Shown in pieces: positions 40,108 to 50,263 of a stretch of DNA of 64,000 nucleotides. The notes beneath the pieces are model-generated. The model was given only the letters and a program-made list of their open reading frames with translations. It did not search any database and was not told the origin of the DNA. Within the stretch, counting starts at the first letter, position 1. Every line of letters begins with the position of its first letter. Both the position numbers and the translations under genes were made by a program. Source of the stretch: Candidatus Latescibacterota bacterium (GTDB lineage: Bacteria > Latescibacterota > UBA2968). Location: assembly GCA_965198115.1 (NCBI GenBank), contig OZ240241.1, positions 6,624,001-6,688,000 on the forward strand. Reading direction: 5' to 3'.

Positions 40108-40940
40108 AAGGATCGGAACAAATCCCGAACCATTCGGGATTCTGCTACGGTCCGGATCAAAGAGAATGGCGATGCTCCAACATCCAACTGCTCGAGAGGC
40201 ATACAATGACTGTTGAGCGTGCACCTGTCATTAACGGGGCGGAGCACGCGTGGGTGATCAATGACCCGCGGTTTCCGATGGATGAGACGCTTTCGAGCTG
40301 TCCGGGCCGGCCGCCTGATGCGGATTACTCGGGTGAACACCTGATCTCGCAGATGAAGCTCTACGGGATCGACAAAACGTTGATCAGTCACGTCTGCTAC
40401 TACGGACGAAACAACGCTTATACGAGCTACTGTGTGAAGACGTGGCCAGATCGGTTCGCTGGAATCGGGTTGCTGGTGGGCAAGCGCCTGTTCGAGCCGG
40501 GGGATGAATGCAACGTGGAGCGTCTCGAACGACTGATGCGGGATGACGGTTTGGTGGGTCTCCGGCTGAGCCCGATCTACGACAAGGAGACGGTCTGGTT
40601 CAACGATCCTGTGATGTTTCCCTTCTGGGAGAAGGCGCAGGATATGCGCGCGGTCTTCAACATTTTCCTGGCGCCGCACCAGGTGAGTCAGGTCGCGGAA
40701 ATGGCCGAGCGCTACCCCGGTGTGAAGATTGTCATCGATCACCTTGCGATGATCGACATTATGGCGGACGACGAGGCCGGGTTCGGGCCCCTCGTTGCGA
40801 TGCACACGCTTCCGAATGTTTACGTGAGAACCTCTCTCCACAATCCTTCGCGAGAGCAGACGCCCTATCGCGATGTCTGGCCGTTTTTGGAGCGGGTCTA
40901 CGATGCGTACGGGCCCGAGCGTCTGTTATTCGCCAACTTT

Positions 40941-42330
40941 GGTGAGGTCCCTATCCTAGTTGAAACTTAAAGGGCTCCAAACTTACGTTGTGGGTAGACG
41001 TGTGAGAGCGTGTACCCGTAAGAAAGGAGCCCACGATGGAGAAGCTATTTGCAGGGGATGGCGAAGTCAAGGTTGGGTCAGACGTTATGGATTTGGAGAC
41101 GCGTTTATCGGTGATCCGGGCGCTGATTCCGCTGGGTCTGGAGGCCGTTGCCGACGTGCTCCAGCAGGAGGTGGAGCAGCTCGCAGGCGTTCGGTATGCG
41201 CGTAAGGGTTCAGAGCAGTCGCATCGTCGATGGGGAAGCCAGAAAGGGTCCGTGTATCTGATGGACCAGAAGCTGCCGGTGGCCGTTCCCCGTGTGCGCG
41301 ACGTCGAGTCCGATACGGAGGTTTCTCTGGCCGCATACCGGGGGATGCAGAGGCCCAGAGCGATGGATGAGAAGCTGTGCTGCTTCGTGTGCTCAAGGGA
41401 ATCTCCTGTCGCAACTACAGAGCCTGTGCAGAGTCGGTACCCGAAGCGTTCGGAATTTCGGCATCCTCCGTCTCGCGACGGTTCATCAAAGCCACCGCAA
41501 AGAAGCTGAAGCAGTTCCAGGAACGACCGCTCGACGACTACGACTTGGTCGCCCTGTTCATCGACGGAAAGAGCTTTGCCGACGAAGAGATCGTGATCGC
41601 TCTGGGCGTCACGACGGACGGCCAGAAGATCCCCCTGGGCTTCGTCTAATCGGCGACGGAGAACGAACGGATCTGCCGTCAGCTGATCCAGGATCTCATC
41701 CGGAGAGGCCTGTGCTACGACCAGGGCCTTCTCGTTGTGCTGGACGGCTCAAAGGGACTCCGCTGTGCCGTCACCAAAGCCCTCAAAGGGGATGTGTGCG
41801 TGCATCGCTGTCAGTGGCACAAGCGCGAGAACGTCGTCAGCTACCTCCCGGAGGCAGAACGTCCAAGAGTTCGACGGAAACTTCAGAAAGCCTATGACTG
41901 CGACACCTACGAGGAGGCAAAGGCCGCACTCGAATCACTCAAACCCGAACTCAAGCTGATGAATCAGTCTGCCGTGGCAAGCCTCGAGGAAGGACTGGAG
42001 GAAACCCTGACCCTCCACCGGCTGGGGATGCTCCCGTTCTTGAAGCGAAGCTTCCGAACCACCAATTGCATCGAGGCGCTCAACAGCATGACCGGCAACC
42101 TGATACGGAAGGTCAACCGCTGGAACAACTCTCCTCAGCGACACAGATGGGTCGCGGCCGCACTCCTCGACATCGAACCACGCCTGCGACGCGTGAGCGG
42201 ATACAAACACCTCCCGCTGCTCAGGCAAGCACTGAAAAACAACCTGAATCTCGGCGACAATCAAGATGCTCGGCAGAGAGCATGAATACCACGGAGCCCG
42301 ATGAGTTTCAACTGACTATGGGACTTGACC
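40941..42330 (+). mobile_element. IS256-family insertion sequence
   Basis: 27-bp IRs GGTGAGGTCCCTATCCTAGTTGAAACT / rc GGTCAAGTCCCATAGTCAGTTGAAACT; 8-bp TSD CCAACTTT (40933-40, 42331-38). Confidence 0.95.
41036..42285 (+). pseudogene. IS256 transposase with frameshift (~41377) and in-frame TAA (41647)
   Basis: VPRVR, ALFIDG, LDGSKGL, RCQWHKREN, TTNCIE. Confidence 0.88.
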
Positions 42331-42491
42331 CCAACTTTTTCGAGTATGTGATTATGAAGGAATTGATCCCTTTCTTTTCTGAAGAGGATAAAGTGTGGAT
42401 TCTGGGAAAGACGGCTGAAGGCATTTACTTCAGTGAGAAGTAAGAAGGAGCATCGCTTGGCTGAAAAGAACCGAAACCTTGAGGAGTACTT

Positions 42492-42931
42492 ATGCAACCG
42501 GAGATTATGATCAACTTTGTTGCCGTCATCGTTTGTGTCATTGCGGCACAGCCAGTGGGGTATCTGTGGTTTGGGCCCCTGTTTGGAAAGGCCTGGGCGC
42601 GTCACATGGGGTTTGAGGATATGGAACCCCCGGGTGGTGGAGCGATGGCCAGGTCGATCGGGCTTCACTCACTTGGATCGTTGCTGATCGCCTTCGTTCT
42701 CGCACACAGCATTTTGGTCTGGCAGCCGGCGACGTGGGGCGTGGGTGAGAATCAGGCGGCGTGGGTCTACGGACTGAACGGAGCGGTCTGGACGTGGGTC
42801 GGTTTCTTTCTGCCGCTTCAGATCGGACGCGTGGCCTGGGAAATGAAGGGTTGGGACTCGTTGCGATCAACGCAGGGTTCGATCTGGTTCGGCTGTTGAT
42901 CTTTGGGATGATTCTGGCTTACTGGCCGTGA
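42492..42931 (+). CDS. DUF1761 family membrane protein (frameshift near 42854)
   Basis: GYLWFGPLFGKAW; C-terminal LVAINAGFDL in a shifted frame. Confidence 0.8.
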
Positions 42932-42938
42932 TTGTGCC

Positions 42939-43610
42939 CTACGCTACGGCATACTCGTTCAGGTAGTCCTCGATCTTTCTGGCGAGTTCAGCCGTGAGAG
43001 GGACTTCACCGTCAATCTCGCGTTTTGGCAAGTGTTCGAGAATGTCGTAGACAGTAACGATGGACCGCACTTCGATGCCAGTCCTTTCCGCGAGAGACTC
43101 GACAGAATTCCCGCCTTCCGCGTTCCTCTCCTTTCGATCGACGGCGATGACGAGACCTGTGACCTCGCCTGCCGTCGCCGATCGAAGACTTTCGATTGAC
43201 GCGACTTTCGTGGCACCATCGGTGACGACATCGTCGACGAGGACGATTCTGTCGCCTTCCCCGGGCACGTGGCCGACGATCCACCCCCCCTCGCCGTGGT
43301 CCTTTTCCTCCTTGCGATCGAAACTGTAGGCAACGTCCTGCTCAAAATGGTGGTTGAAGGCGATGGCTGCCGAGATGCTGAGCGGGATGCCCTTGTAGGC
43401 TGGGCCAAAGATGACTGTCGGCTGCGTCTCGAGCTCGCGTATTGCTGAGGCGTAATAATAGCCCAGCCGCTCGATTTGCTCTCCTCGACTGAATTCACCC
43501 GAGTTGAAAAAGTAGGGTGACGTGCGTCCACTCTTGAGCGTAAAAGCGCCAAAGTTCAGGGCGCCGGAACGAACGAGAAACTCGATGAATTCACGCTGAT
43601 AGTCTTGCAT
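42939..43610 (-). CDS. pyrE: Orotate phosphoribosyltransferase
   Basis: FTLKSGRTSPYFFN, FGPAYKGIP, DRKEEKDHGEGG, LVDDV. Confidence 0.96.
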   Translation of the reverse strand: MQDYQREFIEFLVRSGALNFGAFTLKSGRTSPYFFNSGEFSRGEQIERLGYYYASAIRELETQPTVIFGPAYKGIPLSISAAIAFNHHFEQDVAYSFDRKEEKDHGEGGWIVGHVPGEGDRIVLVDDVVTDGATKVASIESLRSATAGEVTGLVIAVDRKERNAEGGNSVESLAERTGIEVRSIVTVYDILEHLPKREIDGEVPLTAELARKIEDYLNEYAVA

Positions 43611-43633
43611 TGGCTTCTCCAGGAGAAGGCGCC

Positions 43634-43697
43634 CCTTCGATACGGCTGCTCCGCAGCCTACTCAGGGCAGGCACTGAGGCCACTGAGCACACTGAGA
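43634..43697 (+). repeat. REP-like hairpin followed by 9-mer array
   Basis: CCCTTCGATACGGCTGCTCCGCAGCCTACTCAGGGCAG, then GCACTGAGG CCACTGAGC ACACTGAGA. Confidence 0.7.
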
Positions 43698-43859
43698 AAG
43701 ACCTGTGGAAGTGGATACGCTTGCGAGTTCGACCTGAGGTTTAGAGGAAGGGTTTCAGTAGACCACGGTGACCTATCGCTCTTCAGCTTCGTGGCTTCGT
43801 GGTGGTTCTTCCTTGACGGTTGTGTTAGCAACGCGATCTTAGTCGGGGAGGCGAAATCA

Positions 43860-44309
43860 ATGTGGCGCTGGCGTGTGGCGCTGGCGGTCTGGATGGGGAT
43901 GATTTTTGTGCTGTCCAGTTCGCTGTTTGCGTCGGAAATGTCCTACGACAACACGGTCAACTGGTTCGGGATGTTCAACTACGTAGTACGGAAGTGCGTG
44001 CACATTTTCGAGTATGGCGTTCTGACGTGGCTCTGGTTTCGATCGATCCGAAACCCCGTTGATTCCGTGGGTCGATCGATTCCCGTGTCGTCTGTGCTAA
44101 CTCTAATCTACGCAATGAGCGATGAGTGGCACCAGAGTTTCGTTTTCGAACGATCGGGAGAGTGGTCGGACGTCGGGTACGATACGGTAGGGATCGTGGT
44201 GATGGCGGTGACCCTGCAACGATCGCTGATGTGGGAGCCTTCGAAGCTACGAGAATGGCTCCTGGGTGAGGATGAACAAAGCGGATCTGGTCTGGAGACG
44301 TCTGCATAA
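43860..44309 (+). CDS. VanZ family membrane protein
   Basis: WMGMIFVLSS, RKCVHIFEYGVL, YAMSDEWHQSFV..RSG..DV..D. Confidence 0.88.
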   Translation: MWRWRVALAVWMGMIFVLSSSLFASEMSYDNTVNWFGMFNYVVRKCVHIFEYGVLTWLWFRSIRNPVDSVGRSIPVSSVLTLIYAMSDEWHQSFVFERSGEWSDVGYDTVGIVVMAVTLQRSLMWEPSKLREWLLGEDEQSGSGLETSA

Positions 44310-44319
44310 AGGGAAATCG

Positions 44320-45639
44320 ATGGCCTACAAGAACGTCCTGCTGCTGATCGCCGACGACTGGAGCCCACTAGCCGGATGCTACGGCGATTCGGTGATCAAA
44401 ACACCGAATGTCGACGCGCTCGCGAAGCGCGCTACCCGCTTCCGCCACGCATTCTGTACGACACCCTCGTGTGCGGCAAGCCGTGCGAATATCCTGACAG
44501 GACACTACAGCCATACACACGGACAGTATGGTCACTCGCACGGCATCCATAATTTCCACACCGGTCTTCATATGCCGTCGATCCCGAAGACGTTGTCGGA
44601 TGCAGGATTTGCGACTGGAGTCATCGGGAAGATGCACGTGCAACCGGAGTCGGTCTATCCGTGGACGCACGACTTTCAGCGGGTCGACGGAGGCAGTCGT
44701 GATGTGGGGAGGATGGCAGGTCGCGTTCGCGAGTTCTTTGCAGACATCGGCGACCTTCCTTTCTATCTCCATATGGGATTCTCCGACCCGCATCGAGACT
44801 TCGGAAACCGGCACGCGCCGTATACGGACCACGACGAGGTGACCTACGACCCGGGCGAGGTGCCGGTGCCCAAGTTTCTGCTGGATCATCCTGACGTGAG
44901 GAAGGAGATCGCCGAATACTACCAGTCGATTTCGCGGCTCGATGCCGGCTACGGGATGGCGATCCGGGCGCTCGAAGAGGCCGGACGCGCCGACGATACG
45001 ATGATCATCGTGATGTCGGATCACGGGATGCCGTTCCCCGGGGCGAAGGGGTCTTCGTTCGATTCGGGCCACCACTGCCCGCTGTTGATCGCAAAGCCCG
45101 GTGCGAGCGAGGTGGAAAGCGACGCGCTCGTGAACTGGTCGAACATCGCACCGACCGTTTACGACTGGTGCGGGGCAGAGACCCCGGAGGGTTTACCCGA
45201 ACGGTCTCTGCTCCCGACGCTCGACAAGGCCCACACGGAAGGATGGGATGAAACGTTCTTCTCTCACACCTTCCACGAGGTGACGAACTACTATCCCTAT
45301 CGCGTGCTGCGAGGGCGCAAGTACAAGTATGTGAAGAATCTCTACCCGGAGTTGACGACACCGCTGCCGAGCGATCTTTGGGCTTCACCGACGTGGCAGG
45401 CAGTGTTGAACGAAGGAATCGACAGGATGGGGGACCGGCCGACCAACGGGTTTCTCCATCAGGCGGGGGAAGCTCTGTTCGACGTCGAGAGCGACCCGGT
45501 CGAGTCGAAGAATCTGATCGACGATCCGGATCTGCAGGATGTGGCGGAAGCGATGCGGCAGAAGGTGCGGCGATTCCGGGTGGAGACGAAAGACCCTTGG
45601 GTTCTGGCGTCGAAGCACGCGGGGGAGAGTTTCGATTAG
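44320..45639 (+). CDS. Sulfatase (N-sulfoglucosamine sulfohydrolase-like)
   Basis: NVLLLIADD, TPNVD, SCAASRANILTG, GKMH, DPHR, SDHG. Confidence 0.92.
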   Translation: MAYKNVLLLIADDWSPLAGCYGDSVIKTPNVDALAKRATRFRHAFCTTPSCAASRANILTGHYSHTHGQYGHSHGIHNFHTGLHMPSIPKTLSDAGFATGVIGKMHVQPESVYPWTHDFQRVDGGSRDVGRMAGRVREFFADIGDLPFYLHMGFSDPHRDFGNRHAPYTDHDEVTYDPGEVPVPKFLLDHPDVRKEIAEYYQSISRLDAGYGMAIRALEEAGRADDTMIIVMSDHGMPFPGAKGSSFDSGHHCPLLIAKPGASEVESDALVNWSNIAPTVYDWCGAETPEGLPERSLLPTLDKAHTEGWDETFFSHTFHEVTNYYPYRVLRGRKYKYVKNLYPELTTPLPSDLWASPTWQAVLNEGIDRMGDRPTNGFLHQAGEALFDVESDPVESKNLIDDPDLQDVAEAMRQKVRRFRVETKDPWVLASKHAGESFD

Positions 45640-45741
45640 GAAATTGGGGAATTAGGGAATATGAAGATGTGGCGCGACGGCATCGGAGGATCCTTGGTGT
45701 CGCAGTGACCTAATGACAGGTGACCAATGACCAGTGACCAA
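45639..45741 (+). repeat. Octamer array plus TGACCAN array
   Basis: GGAAATTG GGGAATTA GGGAATAT (45639-62); 5 TGAC units (45706-41). Confidence 0.8.
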
Positions 45742-45761
45742 CTGAGAGTCGGGATCGAACA

Positions 45762-46721
45762 ATGAACGAACCGATTGCGAGTCGTGTGGCGGATCTGATC
45801 GGTGGTACGCCGATGGTTCGGCTTGAGAGTCTGTCACCAGCAGGTGGCGCGGCGATTCTGGCGAAGATGGAGTATCTCAACCCGGGCGGCAGCGTGAAGG
45901 ATCGAATCGCGCTGAATATGCTCGTGGCGGCGGAGGCGGCAGGGGAGCTGAAACCCGGAATGACGATCGTCGAGGCGACGAGTGGAAACACGGGAATCGG
46001 CCTGGCGATGCTGTGCGCCAAGCTGGGTTACCGGCTCGTTCTGACGATGCCGGAGACGATGAGTTTCGAACGGCGCGCCCTGGTGACGCGCTACGGTGCC
46101 GAGGTGATCATCACGCCTGGTTCCGGAGATATGGACGGGTCACGCGCACGGGCTCGTGAGATTGTTGAGAAGAACCCGGATTGCCTGGAGCTGAAGCAGT
46201 TCGACAACCCGGCGAACCCCGATGTGCACCGGACAACGACCGGACCGGAGATTGTGGAGGCGACGGAGGGGAACATCACGGCCTTCGTGGCGGGCATCGG
46301 TACGGGGGGCACGATTACGGGGGTGGGTGAGGTTCTGAAGGGGGAGTCGGCGGACGTGCGTGTCATCGGTGTGGAGCCGGCGGGCTCGGCCGTCCTGAAC
46401 GGCAAGCCAGCGGGCCCACACGCGATCGAGGGTATCGGAGCGGGCTTCATTCCATCGATTCTGAACCGCGCGATCCTCGATGATGTGATGACGGTCGAAG
46501 ATCGCGAGGCGTTCGATATGGCGGAGGCCCTCGCACGAGAAGAAGCCCTTCTGGTGGGGATCTCGTCGGGTGCAGCGGTCCTGGCTGCCAGACGGGTGGC
46601 GGAGAAGATGTCTCCCGACGAAGTGGTGGTCACCGTTCTCTGTGACACGGGCACACGTTACTTCAGCATCGAAGAGTATTTCAAACGCGACGAGACGCAG
46701 AGCCAGAGCGTCCTTCTCTGA
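45762..46721 (+). CDS. cysK: Cysteine synthase
   Basis: KMEYLNPGGSVKDR, EATSGNTG, QFDNPAN, GIGTGGT, IEGIG. Confidence 0.94.
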   Translation: MNEPIASRVADLIGGTPMVRLESLSPAGGAAILAKMEYLNPGGSVKDRIALNMLVAAEAAGELKPGMTIVEATSGNTGIGLAMLCAKLGYRLVLTMPETMSFERRALVTRYGAEVIITPGSGDMDGSRARAREIVEKNPDCLELKQFDNPANPDVHRTTTGPEIVEATEGNITAFVAGIGTGGTITGVGEVLKGESADVRVIGVEPAGSAVLNGKPAGPHAIEGIGAGFIPSILNRAILDDVMTVEDREAFDMAEALAREEALLVGISSGAAVLAARRVAEKMSPDEVVVTVLCDTGTRYFSIEEYFKRDETQSQSVLL

Positions 46722-46783
46722 CGGGCCCGTGTGTGGATCTGAGTCGTAGGGAACGATCGTTCGAGTCCAGGTTTCGGAAGAAG

Positions 46784-47872
46784 ATGGCGGTCTGGCCGCG
46801 CGAGAGTGCGTGGCCGGGGATCGTCGTGTGCGCCGGGCTGACGGTTCTCGCGGCCTATCTCTACGCGCTGCCCTACCCTCCGTTCACGCTGTCGAGCGGC
46901 CTGCATCCGATCAGCGCGGTCCTTCTCGCCATTCTGCTGGGTATGCTCGTCAGGAACGTGATTCCGGCTTCTGCCCGGCTGGCGCCGGGTGTGAATTCGA
47001 TGGTCAAGAAGGGGCTTCCGGTCGGGATCGTGCTTCTGGGTGCGCGGCTCGATTTCTACGATCTCGTGAGAGTCGCCCTTCACGTCCTCGTGGGCGCAAC
47101 GGTCCTCATTTTAATCGTGATCGTGCTGACCTCGCTGTTGTCTCGTTGGTTCAAAGTGGAAGAGAAAATGGGTCTGCTGATCGGTACGGGCACGGCGATT
47201 TGTGGGAGCTCGGCTATCGTCGCCGTGGCGCCTGTCCTGAACGCACAGGAGGAGGAGATGGCCTACTCCATCGGGGTCATCAATATCCTGGGTGTGATTG
47301 CGATGCTTCTGTTTCCGGTGATGGGGTCGATCCTGGATCTGGATGCGACCATCTACGGGGTGTGGTGCGGGCTGGGTATTCACGCGACACCGCAAGTGAT
47401 CGCCGCCGGTTTCGCGCACACGGGCGAAGGCCAGGTGGCCGGAGAAATGGCCACGATCGTGAAGCTCGTGCGTATCTCCCTGCTGGGACCGGCTGTTTTC
47501 GTCCTGGGTGCGTGGTATGCGCTTCGCCGTCGCTCCACGACCTACGTCGCCGAACCGATTCGTTATTCCAGGCTGGTGCCGGGGTTCGTGATCCTCTTTC
47601 TGGGTCTGGCGCTGCTTCGGACGTTGGGTTTCCTACCCGAGGTGACGCTCCACCTGACGGATCAGTTTCCTTTCGGCGGAGGTGACTTTCACATCGACCT
47701 GGCCGGGGTTCTGAGCCAATCGGGAAAGTGGGTGATCACGGGGGCGATGGCCGGCGTCGGTCTGGCGACGGAGTTGAGGACGATGAGGGCAGGCGGTTTC
47801 CGACCGTTGGTCCTGGGTATCTTGTCGGCAGTGGGTATCGCTCTACTCGCACTGGCGATCGCAAACGTTTGA
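46784..47872 (+). CDS. YeiH/putative sulfate exporter family membrane protein
   Basis: GIVLLGARL, GTAICGSSAI, IHATPQV, TIVKLVR, AMAGVGL. Confidence 0.9.
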   Translation: MAVWPRESAWPGIVVCAGLTVLAAYLYALPYPPFTLSSGLHPISAVLLAILLGMLVRNVIPASARLAPGVNSMVKKGLPVGIVLLGARLDFYDLVRVALHVLVGATVLILIVIVLTSLLSRWFKVEEKMGLLIGTGTAICGSSAIVAVAPVLNAQEEEMAYSIGVINILGVIAMLLFPVMGSILDLDATIYGVWCGLGIHATPQVIAAGFAHTGEGQVAGEMATIVKLVRISLLGPAVFVLGAWYALRRRSTTYVAEPIRYSRLVPGFVILFLGLALLRTLGFLPEVTLHLTDQFPFGGGDFHIDLAGVLSQSGKWVITGAMAGVGLATELRTMRAGGFRPLVLGILSAVGIALLALAIANV

Positions 47873-47890
47873 GCAATCACGGGACAACCG

Positions 47891-50237
47891 ATGGCTGACG
47901 ACCCTACGATCATCCGACTCTTGCTGAACGAGATCGATGTCGCGGGTGCCGCGAACGAGTTGGGCATCGACGCGCGTCGGGTGTCTGACCGGCGACGTCG
48001 CTACCTCCGTCGCAAGCTGCCCAAGATCGATGGAGAGGTGAGGGCCGCCGTCGATGGTCCGGTCGAAATCGCGCGGGATGCCTGGGGTGTCGCTCACATC
48101 AGCGCGAACGCCGTGGCCGATGGATTCTTCGGGTTGGGATATGCGATGGCGCAGGACCGGCTGTGGCAGCTCGACCATATGCGTCGTCTCGCCTCAGGTC
48201 GTCTGGCGGAGATCCTGGGTTCGGATGCGTTGCCGGAAGATCGTTTGCATCGAACGATCGGGCTGCGGCGCGCCGCCGAAGCGGCGGTCGAAACGGCTGG
48301 GGACGAAGTGCTGATGGTGCTGGAGGCGCTGTCGAGCGGTATCAACGCTGGAATGAGAGCCTCGGAAGGCCGGATGCCGGTCGAGTTCGACGTGCTGGAC
48401 TATGCCCCGGACCCGTGGTCCCCCCGTGGACACGGTGGCCGTGTGGAAATGGCGCTGGTGGATGCTGACGGGTCGTCTCGGCATTCTCGCTGTCGCTGAA
48501 GCCGGGAAGCGCCATCTGAGTCCCGATCAGTTCGATGCCTTTATGGTGGCAGAGGCGAATGAGGAGACGATCGTGCCGTCTGATGAGCCGGCACGAACGG
48601 GCGGTCACGACACGGGTGAAGGGAGCAACAATTGGGCAGTCGGTGGGTCCCGCACGGATTCCGGCGGTGCGATTCTGGCGACGGATCCGCACAACGGCGT
48701 CGATCTGTCACGGCAGTGGTATCAGGCACAGCTGACAGTGCCCGGTATCGATGCGATCGGTGCCTTTTTCCTGGGGACGCCCGGCATCTACCTGGGTCAT
48801 ACACGGTGTACGGCGTGGGGCGTGACGAACCATACGGCGTCGGCGAGAGATCTGTATGTGGAGACGATCTCGGCAGACAATCCGCGCCTCTACCTGGAGA
48901 GAGGCGAGTGGCAGTCGCTGACCGTGCGCGAGGAGGTCCTCGAGGTCAAGGCGCGACCGGACGAGACCTTCCAGGTGCGCGAAACGTCACGCGGCCCGCT
49001 GGTCGAAGCCTTCGTACCGAAGGTCGAAGCCAGAGATCTTCCGCCCGTTTCGCTTCGCTGGCTGGGCGCCGAGGCCACAACCGGGTTCGAGTCGATGCTG
49101 GCCCTGGAGCGATCTCAATCTCTGGACGATGTGGTTGGGGCGCTCGAGCAGTGGCCGTTTCCGCTTTTAAACTTCGTGTTTGCCGATGGTGAAGGTCGTG
49201 TCGGGTATTACGCCGCCGGCCAGGTCCCGCATCGTGAAGAGACCTTTCGAGGATTCCGCGACGCGCAACGGGAGGACCACGGATGGAATGGCGTCATCCC
49301 GTTCGATGCAATGCCGCGGCTGGTTCGTCCCGAACGGGACTGGGTTGCGTCGGCGAACAATCCTCCGTGGGGTGGTTCGGGATCCTACTTGTCGCTCGGG
49401 TCGTGGTCGGACGGCTACAGGTTCAGGCGGATTCGGACACGGATCGAGGAGAAAACGAATCACACGCTGGAAACAGTTGGAGCCATCCACGCCGACATCA
49501 CTCTGGCCAGGGCGGTCGATCTGGCACCTGTCGTGGCGAAGCTGGCCGCGAAGAGCCGACGGAAGGAAATCCGGGATTGGTCGACGATCCTGAATGGGTG
49601 GGATGGCACGTATGGCGTGGATGAAATTGCTCCTACGTTGTTTACGGCGTTCTGGGACACCTGGCTGAAACGTGTCGCGAGGGCGCGATTCCCGGGCGCG
49701 CTCGTTTCGATGGTCAAGGACCGATGCGGGAGCGTCGCGCGACGATTGTTGATGGGCGAACGATTGGACTGGTTCGACGAAGGGGTCGATGTCGAAGCCG
49801 AGGCGATCGGGGCGATTGAAGATGCGCTACGGTGGCTGAAACAGGACGTGGGCGGGCGCAAGTCCCAATGGAGATGGGGCCGGCTGCATACGGTGACGTT
49901 CGGTCATCCGGTGGCGAAGACGCCGGCATTGCGGAAGCTGTTGACGGTGGGGCCGGTCGAAACGTCGGGGGCTACGGGTACCGTTCGGGCAGCCGGTCAC
50001 AGCGTAGCCGAACCGTTCGTCGTGACGGGTCTGTCGACGTATCGGATGGTGGTCGATCTGTCGGATCCAGCACACGGGAAGGCGACGACGGCCGGTGGAC
50101 AATCGGGCCATCCCGCGAGCCCGCACTATCGCACTCAGACGGATCTGTGGCTGGCCGACGAGTACCACCCGATGTTGATGGACCCGGTTGATGTTGACCA
50201 GAACCTCAAGGGTAGGCTGGTCATAAACCCGGGCTAG
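47891..50237 (+). CDS. Penicillin acylase family (Ntn hydrolase), frameshift in C6 run 48420-25
   Basis: RDAWGVAHI, AQDRLWQLD, GSNNW nucleophile, GQSGHPASPHY. Confidence 0.9.
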
Positions 50238-50258
50238 TGACCATTGACCATTGACCAA
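50238..50258 (+). repeat. TGACCAN heptamer array (3 units)
   Basis: TGACCAT TGACCAT TGACCAA, immediately after the stop codon. Confidence 0.75.
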
Positions 50259-50263
50259 AGTGG

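Larger units (their letters stand above)
40206..42443 (+). pseudogene. Amidohydrolase_2 family protein split by IS256
   Basis: EHAW, VIDHL, YGPERLLFANF | FEYV..EEDKVWILGKTA; removing the IS and one TSD restores the frame. Confidence 0.88.

Noticed and set aside
6553-41649. In-frame TAA codons (6553, 41647) as stop-codon reassignment or readthrough
   Set aside because: They seem to replace different residues (likely Tyr and Gln), and TAA is a normal stop in other genes here
43860-44309. VanZ as glycopeptide resistance
   Set aside because: No other van genes; the family is widespread
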